Source: Victivallaceae bacterium (GTDB lineage Bacteria > Verrucomicrobiota > Lentisphaeria > Victivallales > Victivallaceae). From it: DNA of 64,000 bases. Below, one piece after another: positions 46,665 through 55,946 of the stretch. The notes below the pieces were generated by a model. The model saw only the letters and a list, made by a program, of their open reading frames with translations, was not told where the DNA came from and ran no database searches. Made by a program: the position numbers and the translations under genes. The stretch covers positions 100,733 to 164,732 of the forward strand of contig JAVBPY010000009.1 in NCBI GenBank assembly GCA_031549345.1. Direction: 5' to 3'. Numbering within the stretch: position 1 is the stretch's first letter; each line of letters starts with the position of its first letter.

Positions 46665-49319
46665 TTAGTCTTTGGCCCGGCGGTATTCGATCTTGCCGAG
46701 GAATTTGATTTGGAAGTACGTAAAGCCGATCAGCAGTGATCCGAGAACCCATGCCATGCTGGTCGCCATACTGAAACGGAGGTTGTTGTACGCCTCGATC
46801 CAGATGCGCAGCCCGATAACCATCGTCGTCTGTCCGGGACCGCCGAACGTCAGAAGGAAGATGTTGCCCATGTTCTGGAAGGTACCGATGAACGCGCCGA
46901 CAAAGTTGATGATGATCAGCGGGAAAATAACCGGCAATGTTACGCGGATGAACTTTTGAATGATCCCCGCCCCATCGATTTCCGCCGCTTCGTACAAGTC
47001 GGAGGGAATGGAGTGCAGCGCGGCAAGATAGATCAAGCTTGCCATCCCCATGGAGGCCCAGACCGTCGGAACCACGCAGCAGAGCATGGCGATCGAGGGA
47101 TCCTGAAGCCAGGTCTGCATGGAAATTTCCACCCCCGGGATACGGTTGAGGAGCGTGATGATCTGGTTGAAGAACCCCTGCGGAGTCGGTTCATACATCA
47201 ACTTCCAGAGGAGAGCGATGACAAGCCCCGAAGACATCTGCGGAAGGAAGAACAGCGTGCGGTAAAAGATCTTGAAGCGCGGCACGTCGGTCAGGAGAAC
47301 CGCCAGCGCGATCGGAGCGAGGAACGTGAGAATCATATTGAGAAACACGAAGTACACCGTCCGGAGCATGCTCATCCAGAATCCCCCGTCCAGCGCAAGG
47401 GAGATGAAGTTATCCAACCCGACAAAGGCGGAATCGCCGGAAATCTTATAGTCCTGGAAGGCCATTACCATACCGCGGATCAAAGGATAGTAGCTCCAAA
47501 GTCCGATCAGGCACAGCGCCGGCAGGACAAGACCCCACGCGAGCAAGGGATTGTATACGTTGCGGGACCCTGCACGGGCGCGGGCATTCCGGATGTGCGT
47601 CCGGATGATCTGGGTGACGAGAGTTCCCATAATCAGGATGACGACGCCGACGATCACGCGCGCCAAAGGCCGGTAGCGGTCGAGGGTTTCACGGGGGGTG
47701 GAGAACATTACGCCGGAGTTTGCGTCGTTTTCCACCTTCTGAAGCGCGGCGGCGAAGTTGAATTTTTCGCCGTTGACAGAGATGATCTGACTGAGAACTT
47801 CCCGGTTCAACGCGCCGTCCATCGTAACCCAGAACCCCATCCAGGGCTCCGTCCCGGTGAAAATTTTTCCATTGTCGATTTCTGTGTAGTTGTTCTGAAT
47901 CGACTGCGGAATATCGCGCAAATATTCGGTATAACCAAGGCGGCGGAGATCGGCGGGATTCACAAAACGCGCCATTCCGGAAAGAACTTTCCGCCGAACG
48001 GTGTTGTCCGTGGTTTCGCGGTCGGACACGGCACGCATAACCTCCCAGATTTTATCCCGGTCGATTTTTTCCTTGGCTTTTGTGTTTTCATAGGAAACAA
48101 CATAGTGCCGCTGGAGCTGCACCACGCGGCGCCCCTTCGCCCCCGGTCCGGCGGGAAACGGGAACCAGCTCAGCGTATCGGGGTTGATGCCCGCGCCGCG
48201 ACCGGTTTCGGAAAGATCCTGAACAAACCAGACCATCATGCCGACTTCGCCGCGACCGAGGAGTTCCCCCTGCGCCGCTTCACGCTGGCTGGTGTTCGGG
48301 TTGCGCAAAACACCGGAAATCACCTGCTCCGGCGTAAAATTGAGCTGTTTTCCGTCCACGGTAGCGAAGCCGTTCTGGATATCGGCGGCCGTCAGATTGA
48401 TCGGTTCGCCGCTCTCCGGGTGCTTAATCCACTTCATCCAACGCAAACGATAATAGTAGTTCGCCGCCTCCATCGCTTCGGGGGAAGCGAACGCGGCGCG
48501 CCACTGCGGCGCGACATCGGACAGGTCCTCGCCGTCTTCGGTTACAAAACGGGTTTCATCGGAGGTAAAAAGATGCTCTTTGCCCGTCTTCGGGCTTATG
48601 CGCGCCTGGACAATCGGGTCGCCGCCGGCGGCCTGAATCCAGGGAAGCCAGGTGAATCCGTACGGCTGAATCATCAGGCCGCGCACCTCGCGGTCGGGCG
48701 AACCGACGGGAGGGATGTAGGTCATTTTCTGCGCCCAATAGATCAGCTCATCCCATGTTTGCGGCGGCAGATTCGGGTTGAGCCCCGCCGCGCGCGCCAT
48801 ATCGGTGCGGAAAATCACGCCCATGTAATTGGTGTTCGCCTGGGGGATGGCGTACACCTTGCCGTTGACAGTGGCGACGCGGCGCCAAAGCGGGGGAATG
48901 TTTTTCCAGCCGGGCCACTTGGCTTCGTCGTCGTCGATATAGCCGTTGCCGTTGGTATCGTCGCCGATCCACTCGTTCAAGGGGAAAAGAAAGCCCTGAC
49001 GGATTTCACTCTGGATAATGTGGAACCAGGAAGCACCCACGTCCGGCGCCGTTTTTCCGGCGATGGACATCATCAGAGAAGCCTTTCCGCTCCCCGGAAG
49101 CGAGAGGGCGCCCCATTTGCGGACGCGCAACGCGGGATCTTCCTTCATAAGTTCGATCAGGCGCTTTGTCGAAGGCATTTCCGGATCGTTGGGGTTAAAA
49201 AAGTCATTGACGGCCACAACACTCTGCTTAACCGCGCCGCCTTCTGCAGCACCGGCGCATGGACGCAGCGTCAACAACGCGGCGACGACCACTCCTCCTA
49301 TCCAAAAATACTTTCCCAT
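46665..49319 (-). CDS. Fusion of extracellular solute-binding protein and ABC permease (MalF-like)
   Basis: Signal/anchor MGKYFWIGGVVVAALLTL, about 550-aa SBP-like domain, then 6-TM permease with EAA loop (EAAEIDGAGIIQKFIRVTLPV); ATG 39... 49319 chosen (MGKYFW). Confidence 0.7.
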   Translation of the reverse strand: MGKYFWIGGVVVAALLTLRPCAGAAEGGAVKQSVVAVNDFFNPNDPEMPSTKRLIELMKEDPALRVRKWGALSLPGSGKASLMMSIAGKTAPDVGASWFHIIQSEIRQGFLFPLNEWIGDDTNGNGYIDDDEAKWPGWKNIPPLWRRVATVNGKVYAIPQANTNYMGVIFRTDMARAAGLNPNLPPQTWDELIYWAQKMTYIPPVGSPDREVRGLMIQPYGFTWLPWIQAAGGDPIVQARISPKTGKEHLFTSDETRFVTEDGEDLSDVAPQWRAAFASPEAMEAANYYYRLRWMKWIKHPESGEPINLTAADIQNGFATVDGKQLNFTPEQVISGVLRNPNTSQREAAQGELLGRGEVGMMVWFVQDLSETGRGAGINPDTLSWFPFPAGPGAKGRRVVQLQRHYVVSYENTKAKEKIDRDKIWEVMRAVSDRETTDNTVRRKVLSGMARFVNPADLRRLGYTEYLRDIPQSIQNNYTEIDNGKIFTGTEPWMGFWVTMDGALNREVLSQIISVNGEKFNFAAALQKVENDANSGVMFSTPRETLDRYRPLARVIVGVVILIMGTLVTQIIRTHIRNARARAGSRNVYNPLLAWGLVLPALCLIGLWSYYPLIRGMVMAFQDYKISGDSAFVGLDNFISLALDGGFWMSMLRTVYFVFLNMILTFLAPIALAVLLTDVPRFKIFYRTLFFLPQMSSGLVIALLWKLMYEPTPQGFFNQIITLLNRIPGVEISMQTWLQDPSIAMLCCVVPTVWASMGMASLIYLAALHSIPSDLYEAAEIDGAGIIQKFIRVTLPVIFPLIIINFVGAFIGTFQNMGNIFLLTFGGPGQTTMVIGLRIWIEAYNNLRFSMATSMAWVLGSLLIGFTYFQIKFLGKIEYRRAKD

Positions 49320-49583
49320 TGAACTTAGGCTCCGTTGTTTCTCTTGAATTACAGACACACAGACAGTAGAAATGTAGCACACTCTGCCGCGCATTGCAAG
49401 TTCACCGAACAGTTCCAAACAGTTTTTTCCCGAAACTTTTCGCGCATTCGAACCCTCCCGGAGAAAATTCGTTTTTTTTTATATTCGACTATGTTTTGTG
49501 CTTGATTTTCGGAAGGTCCGCTATATACTATAAGCGTGTTCCAACGTCAACGTCGTTAACCGGGAAAGGAATAGGAAATCATT

Positions 49584-50153
49584 ATGCCCATGGAACTTGT
49601 TTCAGCTTCCGGCGAACTATTCGCAGGCTCCCGCAGCGTCTACCTTTTCCTTGCCGTTCTGGGCAGCATCATTTTTGTCATCCAGTTTATCATGACGGTT
49701 TTCGGTTTCGACCACGAGATGATCGACACGGACGGGGCGGAGCTCGCCCAGCTCAATTTCTTCTCCCTCAAAGGGATCGTATCCTTCTTCACCTTTTTCG
49801 GATGGGCCGGCTATTTCTGGGCGGACCAAGGATGGGTGGGACTTCTGCTCGCGCTTTTCTTCGGGGGAATGATGATGGGCGCCACCGCGCTCCTCCTCTG
49901 GGGAATGATGAAAGCACAGCGCTCCGGGAATATCGAGCCCAAAGATTTTGAAGGGGAAACCGGCAGTGTCTATCTGAGTTTGCCCGGAGGACGCAAAAGC
50001 GGCGGGATTGTTACCGTCAAACTCGGCACGTGCACCCGCCAGGTCGGCGCGGTATCGGATACACCGCTCCCCTCCGGCACGCCGGTGCGCGTCGAGAAGT
50101 TTCTGAGCGAAGACTGCTATCTTGTAAAATCCATCGTCAACGAGGAGAATTGA
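49584..50153 (+). CDS. NfeD-family membrane protein (YuaF/YqiJ-like, C-terminal OB-fold)
   Basis: Multiple TM helices followed by a soluble beta-rich C-terminus (GSVYLSLPGGRKSGGIVTVKLGTCTRQVGAV); immediately upstream of a flotillin gene (canonical nfeD-floT pairing). Confidence 0.55.
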   Translation: MPMELVSASGELFAGSRSVYLFLAVLGSIIFVIQFIMTVFGFDHEMIDTDGAELAQLNFFSLKGIVSFFTFFGWAGYFWADQGWVGLLLALFFGGMMMGATALLLWGMMKAQRSGNIEPKDFEGETGSVYLSLPGGRKSGGIVTVKLGTCTRQVGAVSDTPLPSGTPVRVEKFLSEDCYLVKSIVNEEN

Positions 50154-50156
50154 TCC

Positions 50157-51584
50157 ATGCCCCAAATCCTTATCATCAGCCTTCTTTGCGTCGCCGCCGT
50201 GCTTGTCCTCTTCCTCTCCTGGGCCAAATGGTACAGGAAGTGCCCGTCGGACAGAATCATGGTGATCTACGGCGCCTTCCTGAACCGGGGCGCATCGCAA
50301 TGCATCCACGGCGGCGCGCGTTTCGTTTGGCCGGTATTCCAGGATTACGGTTATATCTCGTTGCGTCCGCTGCAAATCGAAGCACTCCTGACCAATGCGT
50401 TGTGCAAACAGAACATCCGCATCAGCGTGCCGAGCGTGTTCACCGTCGGCGTGAGCACAAAGCCGGAAATTATGGGCAACGCCGCCGACCGCCTTTTCGG
50501 ACAATTGCCCGAGGCGATCGGCGAACTGGCCAAGGACATCGTCTTCGGACAATTGCGTTTGGTCATCGCGTCGATGACGATCGAGGAAATCAACGCCGAC
50601 CGTGAAACCTTCCTCCGCGCGGTAGAAGACAACGTGTCGGAAGAACTCAAGAAAATCGGCCTTGAGCTCCTGAACGTCAACATCACGGACATCACCGACG
50701 AGTCCAACTACATCGCCGCCATCGGGAAACGCGCCGCCGCCGAGGCGATCAACCGCGCAAAAATCGATGTCGCCGAAGAAGAACGAAAGGGAAGCATCGG
50801 CGCCGCCAACGCCGACCGCGAACAGCGTATCGCGGTATCCAAAGCCGAAGCCGAAGCCGCGTCGGGCGAAGCCAATGCCGATCGCGACCGCCGCGTAGCG
50901 GTCAAACAAGCCGACTCCACCGCAACGCAGGGGGAGAACCTCTCCGCGATTGAAATCGCCAAATCCAACGCCCTCCGCCTGGAGCAGGAAGCGGAGGCCT
51001 TCCGCCGTGCGGAAGCCGCCCGCCAGATTGCCCAGGCCCAAATCGAACAGGCGAAGTTTGAGGCCGAAGCCCTGGCGCAGGTTTCCCGTGCGAAAATGGA
51101 AACGGAACGTCAGCGCGCGGAGATCATCGTCCCTGCGGAAATCAACCGCCAGCAAATTGAAATCGCCGCCGATGCGGAAGCCGAAAAACTCCGTCGCGAA
51201 GCGAAGGGGGAGGCGGATGCTATTTTTGCCCGCCTGGAAGCCGAGGCGCGCGGTAATTTTGAAGTACTCAAAGCCAAAGGCGACGGCTACCGGATGATTA
51301 TCGAGTCCTGCCAGGATTCGGACGCGGCGGCTAAGATGCTGTTGATTGAAAAACTCGAAGAGATCGTTTCGCTCCAAGCCGAAGCGATCAAAAACATCAA
51401 GATCGACAAAGTTACCGTTTGGGATTCTGGCCGGACCGACGGGAAAACAGGAACCGCCAATTTTTTGAGCGGCATGGTCCAGAGTCTTCCGCCGCTGCAA
51501 GACGTGGCGCAGATGGCGGGCGTGGAATTGCCGGAATTTCTCGGCCGCGTCAAGTCCGCCGCCGAAACAACCGAAACGCGCTGA
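50157..51584 (+). CDS. Flotillin / SPFH (band-7) domain protein
   Basis: N-terminal TM, SPFH domain, then a long Ala/Glu-rich coiled coil (AEAEAASGEANADRDRRVAVKQAD...) and conserved C-terminal region; 475 aa. Confidence 0.85.
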   Translation: MPQILIISLLCVAAVLVLFLSWAKWYRKCPSDRIMVIYGAFLNRGASQCIHGGARFVWPVFQDYGYISLRPLQIEALLTNALCKQNIRISVPSVFTVGVSTKPEIMGNAADRLFGQLPEAIGELAKDIVFGQLRLVIASMTIEEINADRETFLRAVEDNVSEELKKIGLELLNVNITDITDESNYIAAIGKRAAAEAINRAKIDVAEEERKGSIGAANADREQRIAVSKAEAEAASGEANADRDRRVAVKQADSTATQGENLSAIEIAKSNALRLEQEAEAFRRAEAARQIAQAQIEQAKFEAEALAQVSRAKMETERQRAEIIVPAEINRQQIEIAADAEAEKLRREAKGEADAIFARLEAEARGNFEVLKAKGDGYRMIIESCQDSDAAAKMLLIEKLEEIVSLQAEAIKNIKIDKVTVWDSGRTDGKTGTANFLSGMVQSLPPLQDVAQMAGVELPEFLGRVKSAAETTETR

Positions 51585-51624
51585 AAAGCATATTGTTTGT
51601 ACAATTAAATAAGGAAAAGTTACG

Positions 51625-52110
51625 ATGAAATTAACAGCCTCCAACCAAGTCGGATTGGCCGCCCTTTCCGCCCTGCCGCTTCTCTTGCTCGCATCTTGCT
51701 GTTCGCACTCCTACGCGGTGCTGCAAAACGAAGGAATGCGCAAAGCCCTTCCGATTATGATTGAAGAGATGAAGCTCGAGCAAGAGGACGTCGACCGCCG
51801 TTTCCAGGCGGGAAGAGCCTCGGTTTTCGAACGGATGCGCACGGATATGCAACTCCTGCAAATGACCCGGCAGCTCCGTGCCGCCGAAGGCGCCACCCAG
51901 GAAGAGATCGACAAAATGACCGCGCGCCTGGAACTGATGGCAAAGGAGTATCTGGCGTTCACCGAAGCGAAATACCGGGCGCACAACGCCTCGGACGCGG
52001 ATTTGAAGGCGGCCAAAATGCTCCTCGCACAGTGCCCGATCATCGATGCGCCTTGGCCTGTCGCCTTCTTTCCCACACAACCCTCCGACAATCAAGTAAC
52101 AAAAGACTGA
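51625..52110 (+). CDS. Small lipoprotein with single TolC/OEP-like helical repeat (paralog 1)
   Basis: Signal + LLLASCCSHSY; RFQAGRASVFERMRTDMQLLQMTRQL resembles the OEP repeat (RY.AG..S.LDVL.A...L..A...L). Confidence 0.4.
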   Translation: MKLTASNQVGLAALSALPLLLLASCCSHSYAVLQNEGMRKALPIMIEEMKLEQEDVDRRFQAGRASVFERMRTDMQLLQMTRQLRAAEGATQEEIDKMTARLELMAKEYLAFTEAKYRAHNASDADLKAAKMLLAQCPIIDAPWPVAFFPTQPSDNQVTKD

Positions 52111-52117
52111 ACGGGCC

Positions 52118-52639
52118 ATGGAAGAAACGGCTCTCAAGCTTCAGTTGCGCGCCATGTGGGTGGTTATCGCCCTGCTGATGTTTGCCGTTGTTGTTTCCTG
52201 CTGCAGATCCTGGTATGCGGAAGAGCCGGGACTCAGGCACCCGGCCCGCTTTACTTGCTCCGGGCCGGACTGCCAGCAGCAACACCGGCACAACGACGTT
52301 ATGGATGCGGACTGGGAAGACAACGAAATCCGTCAACTCCCGGACATCATTCGCCTTGCCACACAGACGTTGGAACTTTGTGAAGCGCGCCATAAAGCGG
52401 GAACGGCTCCGGAGACGGAGGTTCTCCGGGCCCGCATACAACTGCTGGCACTTCAGCGCCGTCAACTTTTTCTGCGTCAGGCGCCTTCGGAATCGATTTG
52501 GACGATTACAGGGCAACTCCAACAGCTCGCGCGGGAAAACCTGCTGGGGGTTCAGGAGGCATTCCGTAAAGGCAGCATGAGCGTGGAGGAAATGAACGCG
52601 GCGCAACTCCTCGTTCTCCGTTTCGGCGGATCGCTTTAA
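52118..52639 (+). CDS. Small membrane-anchored protein with single TolC/OEP-like helical repeat (paralog 2)
   Basis: TM + AVVVSCCRSWY (same SCC..Y motif as paralog 1); CEARHKAGTAPETEVLRARIQLLALQRRQL OEP-like repeat. Confidence 0.4.
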   Translation: MEETALKLQLRAMWVVIALLMFAVVVSCCRSWYAEEPGLRHPARFTCSGPDCQQQHRHNDVMDADWEDNEIRQLPDIIRLATQTLELCEARHKAGTAPETEVLRARIQLLALQRRQLFLRQAPSESIWTITGQLQQLARENLLGVQEAFRKGSMSVEEMNAAQLLVLRFGGSL

Positions 52640-52669
52640 TGGCACGCTTCTATTTTCGTCCCCTTTAAA

Positions 52670-55303
52670 ATGGAACTTTTCCTCGCTCCCACCGGCAACC
52701 TCGGCGACCGGGAAAATCCGGAGCACCGGGCCGGTGCGGTTTTGCTTGGCTTACTGTGCGGCACTTCCAGCCCCGGTGAAAGTGCCGCTGTTTGTTTCTT
52801 CCGTCGCTTTGTCCGCGAATTTGCCGCACGACTGCGGCGGGCGCCGGAGAGCGCCGTGCTCCCGCTGGCGCAACTCCTCCCCTCCATCCGCCCTTCGCCG
52901 GAAGAGTTCAGCGATTTTGCTTTAAGCGCGCCACCGTTCCCCGGCGCCTCTTTTCTGACCACCGCCGCGGCGCAGGAACTCTACCGGGAGTTGGAGCAGG
53001 CTGTTTTGCTTGAAGGCGGCGGAAAAACCGCCGCCGATTACCTTCATGAAAAACTCCCCGCGTGGGATCAAGTAGGGAAAGTGGGATTTCACCTGACCGA
53101 ACATCCGACGGACGCGACGGGGGCTACTCCTTTTCTTTTCCTGGCCACATTCGTCCACCGCCTCGACGGAAACAACCAACCGAAGCACCTTCCGCTCGGG
53201 CGGGCGCTAAAGATGTTTCAGACGGTTCCGGGCACACTCCTGACCGTCCTCGAACCGTTGCGCCGCGCGGCGGAACAAAGTACGTTCGTCGCGCGTTATT
53301 GGCAGGACAGGCAACTTTTCGCTCCTCTTCCGCTCCGGGCGCAGGATGCGCACTTGCTCCTCACCGAGGCGCCGCTTTTAGAGGACGCCGGCATTGGGCT
53401 GCGCATCGTCAATTTATGGAAGAAACGCCCACGCAGGCTTCAAGTACAAGTCGATTTAGGACTCCCCGCCGGAGAAAGCAAACTCGGCGCGGGGGCCATG
53501 CTCCGTTTTTCCGCGCGGGCGGCGCTGGGCGAAGAAGAAATTTCCGCCGAAGAACTCAAAAAACTCGCGGAAAATCCGGCTGGACTTCTCCGCTTCAAAG
53601 GAGAATGGATCGAGGCGGATCCACAAAAAATCAACGAACTCCTTTCCCGTTGGCGCCGTGCGGAGGCAATGCAATTCCATTGCGCAATCCCTTTGCTGCA
53701 GGGACTCCGCCTCCTCGCCGGCGCGCCGGCGCCGGCAAGAGGCGGAGTCCCGCCGCTTGACGAAAACACGCGCTTCGCCGCCGCCGGAACCTTGCGCGAA
53801 TATTGGGAGGGAAGCGTTGCGGAGGCAATGCCGCCTCTGCCGGAAAATCTGGATTCCCTTTTGCGTTCATACCAACGCGAAGGCGTATCCTTCCTCTGGC
53901 GCATGTCCGCGCGCGGCCTCGGTGCGTGCCTTGCCGACGATATGGGACTTGGCAAAACGCTTCAGCTCCTGGCCGTCCTCGAACTCCTGCGACGCGAAGG
54001 AACGCTTGCTCCCCTGCCCGCACTTCTGATCATCCCGGCGTCGCTCCTGGAAAACTGGCGTGCCGAGGCCGCGAAGTTCACGCCGGAACTCCGCGTGGGC
54101 CTGCTGCACCGCGCATGGACATCGCCGGAAGAATGGAACGCACTGCAGCAGGCCCCGGAAACATTTCTTAAGCGCTTCGATCTTGTGGCGGTAACCTACG
54201 CCACACTCTTGCGCCTTCCCGCGCTGACGGGTCGGGAATACCCTTTAATCGCCCTCGACGAGGCCCAGGCCATCAAAAACCCAGCCTCGCGCCAGAGCCG
54301 TGCGGTGCGCGCATTGTGCGGAAGGCGGCGGATCGCGCTCACCGGCACACCGCTGGAGAATAATTTAAGCGATCTTTGGAGCCTCTTCGACTTTCTGGAG
54401 CCGGGGCTCCTTGGAACGCCCGCGGAATTTGCGGCGCTCGCCGTCCAGCGCGAAAATGGCGACCTGGATTATACACCCCTGCGCCGCCTGATCCGTCCCT
54501 TTCTGCTGCGGCGCGTGAAAACGGACCGGGCACTCCTTCCGGAGCTTCCGGACAAGGTTGAACGCGTCTGCTATTGTCGCCTGACGCGCGAACAAACCTC
54601 TTTGTACCTTCAACTCACGGAACGTCTGAAGGCCGCGCTCAATGAGCCGGATGCATTCAAACGAAAAGGAATCATCCTCGGCAGCCTTGCGCATTTCAAG
54701 CAAGTGTGCAACCACCCCGCCCACTACCGGGGCGATGGCGATTACCGGCGCCACGCAAGCGGAAAATTCGAACGCCTCCTTGAGCTCGCCGGCGAAATGG
54801 CGGAAAACCAGGACAAACTCCTCCTTTTCACGCAGTTCCGCGAGATGACAGGTCCTTTGCACGAACTTTTGACGGAAGCGTTCGGCCGTCCGGGGCTGAT
54901 TCTTCACGGAGGAACGCCTGTGCCGGAAAGGGCACGGCATGTCGCGGCGTTTCAGTCGGAAAACGGTCCGCCGTTTTTCATTCTTTCCCTTAAAGCGGGC
55001 GGGACCGGGTTGAATCTTACGGCGGCCAACCAGGTTATCCACTTCGACCGCTGGTGGAACCCGGCGGTCGAAAACCAGGCGACGGACCGCGCTTATCGGA
55101 TTGGGCAACACCGGAACATTCAGGTTCATAAATTCGTAACTTGCGGCACCATCGAGCAGAAAATCGCCCGCATGCTGGAAGAAAAGAAGGACCTCTCCGA
55201 TGCGCTTCTTTCCTCCGGCGTGGAGAAACTCCTGACCGATATGAATAACGCCGAACTCCTCGCCTTCCTGAAATTGGATTCACAATATGCGGAGGAGGAA
55301 TGA
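52670..55303 (+). CDS. SNF2-family helicase/ATPase with about 400-aa N-terminal SNF2-associated domain
   Basis: DDMGLGKTLQ (motif I), DEAQAIKNPASRQ (motif II), LTGTPLENNLSDLWSLFDFL (III), helicase-C motifs LLLFTQFREM...FILSLKAGGTGLNLTAANQVIHFDRWWNPAVENQATDRAYRIGQ. Confidence 0.85.
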   Translation: MELFLAPTGNLGDRENPEHRAGAVLLGLLCGTSSPGESAAVCFFRRFVREFAARLRRAPESAVLPLAQLLPSIRPSPEEFSDFALSAPPFPGASFLTTAAAQELYRELEQAVLLEGGGKTAADYLHEKLPAWDQVGKVGFHLTEHPTDATGATPFLFLATFVHRLDGNNQPKHLPLGRALKMFQTVPGTLLTVLEPLRRAAEQSTFVARYWQDRQLFAPLPLRAQDAHLLLTEAPLLEDAGIGLRIVNLWKKRPRRLQVQVDLGLPAGESKLGAGAMLRFSARAALGEEEISAEELKKLAENPAGLLRFKGEWIEADPQKINELLSRWRRAEAMQFHCAIPLLQGLRLLAGAPAPARGGVPPLDENTRFAAAGTLREYWEGSVAEAMPPLPENLDSLLRSYQREGVSFLWRMSARGLGACLADDMGLGKTLQLLAVLELLRREGTLAPLPALLIIPASLLENWRAEAAKFTPELRVGLLHRAWTSPEEWNALQQAPETFLKRFDLVAVTYATLLRLPALTGREYPLIALDEAQAIKNPASRQSRAVRALCGRRRIALTGTPLENNLSDLWSLFDFLEPGLLGTPAEFAALAVQRENGDLDYTPLRRLIRPFLLRRVKTDRALLPELPDKVERVCYCRLTREQTSLYLQLTERLKAALNEPDAFKRKGIILGSLAHFKQVCNHPAHYRGDGDYRRHASGKFERLLELAGEMAENQDKLLLFTQFREMTGPLHELLTEAFGRPGLILHGGTPVPERARHVAAFQSENGPPFFILSLKAGGTGLNLTAANQVIHFDRWWNPAVENQATDRAYRIGQHRNIQVHKFVTCGTIEQKIARMLEEKKDLSDALLSSGVEKLLTDMNNAELLAFLKLDSQYAEEE

Positions 55304-55899
55304 GCGCCATTTCCTGTACGCTGAAAACCATTGCACGGAATTTCTGGGGAAAAGCCTGGTGTTACCACATTAGCTTATACCAGGATTACGCCAGCCGTCT
55401 GCCGCGCGCACGGACCTACCTCCGGGAGGGGCGCGTCCTCGACCTTGACTTGACGCCAAGCCGCCTCGAAGCGCGGGTACGGGGCAAAGAAGAATACCAT
55501 GTGCAAATCAACATCGCTCCGCTGCCCCCGGAACGCTGGGAGGCGTTGAAACAACGCTGCGCCGGAGAAATCGACTCATTGACCGGACTTCTGCGCGGCG
55601 ATCTGCCGGAGAAAACCCTGCGCGAACTCTGCGATCCGGAAACTGGACTCTTCCCCAAACCAGCAGAAATCCAATGCATATGCAATTGCCTGGATTGGGC
55701 GGATTTATGCAAACATTCCGCCGCCGTCCTCTATGGATTCGGCGTCCGCCTTGACGAAGATCCAAGGCTGCTTTTCACCCTCCGCAATATCGACCCCAAG
55801 GAACTCTTCCGGGAAAGCGGAAGCCGCTTCGCGGAGAATATACAAACAGAACTGGATCTTAGCGACCTCTCCGCCGCCTTTGATCTGGATTTGGAATAA
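55300..55899 (+). CDS. SWIM zinc-finger domain protein
   Basis: CICNCLDWADLCKHSAAV fits the SWIM CxCx(n)CxH signature; 199 aa; ATGA overlap with the SNF2 gene. Confidence 0.7.
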   Translation: MSAISCTLKTIARNFWGKAWCYHISLYQDYASRLPRARTYLREGRVLDLDLTPSRLEARVRGKEEYHVQINIAPLPPERWEALKQRCAGEIDSLTGLLRGDLPEKTLRELCDPETGLFPKPAEIQCICNCLDWADLCKHSAAVLYGFGVRLDEDPRLLFTLRNIDPKELFRESGSRFAENIQTELDLSDLSAAFDLDLE

Positions 55900-55932
55900 A
55901 AAAAGCGGGACCGGAATTTTTTCCGGCCCCGC
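55898..55932 (-). terminator. Intrinsic terminator of secA (possibly bidirectional; also lies 1 nt after the SWIM gene stop)
   Basis: Minus strand: GCGGGGCCGGAA aaaa TTCCGGTCCCGC followed by TTTTTTTA; a 12-bp stem with one mismatch. Confidence 0.55.
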
Positions 55933-55946
55933 ACTCGCATAGCGTT

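Noticed and set aside
49425-49445. tRNA-like T-loop motif TTCGAACC
   Set aside because: Flanking bases cannot form a T-stem or acceptor stem (gcgca versus cctcc); no cloverleaf is possible
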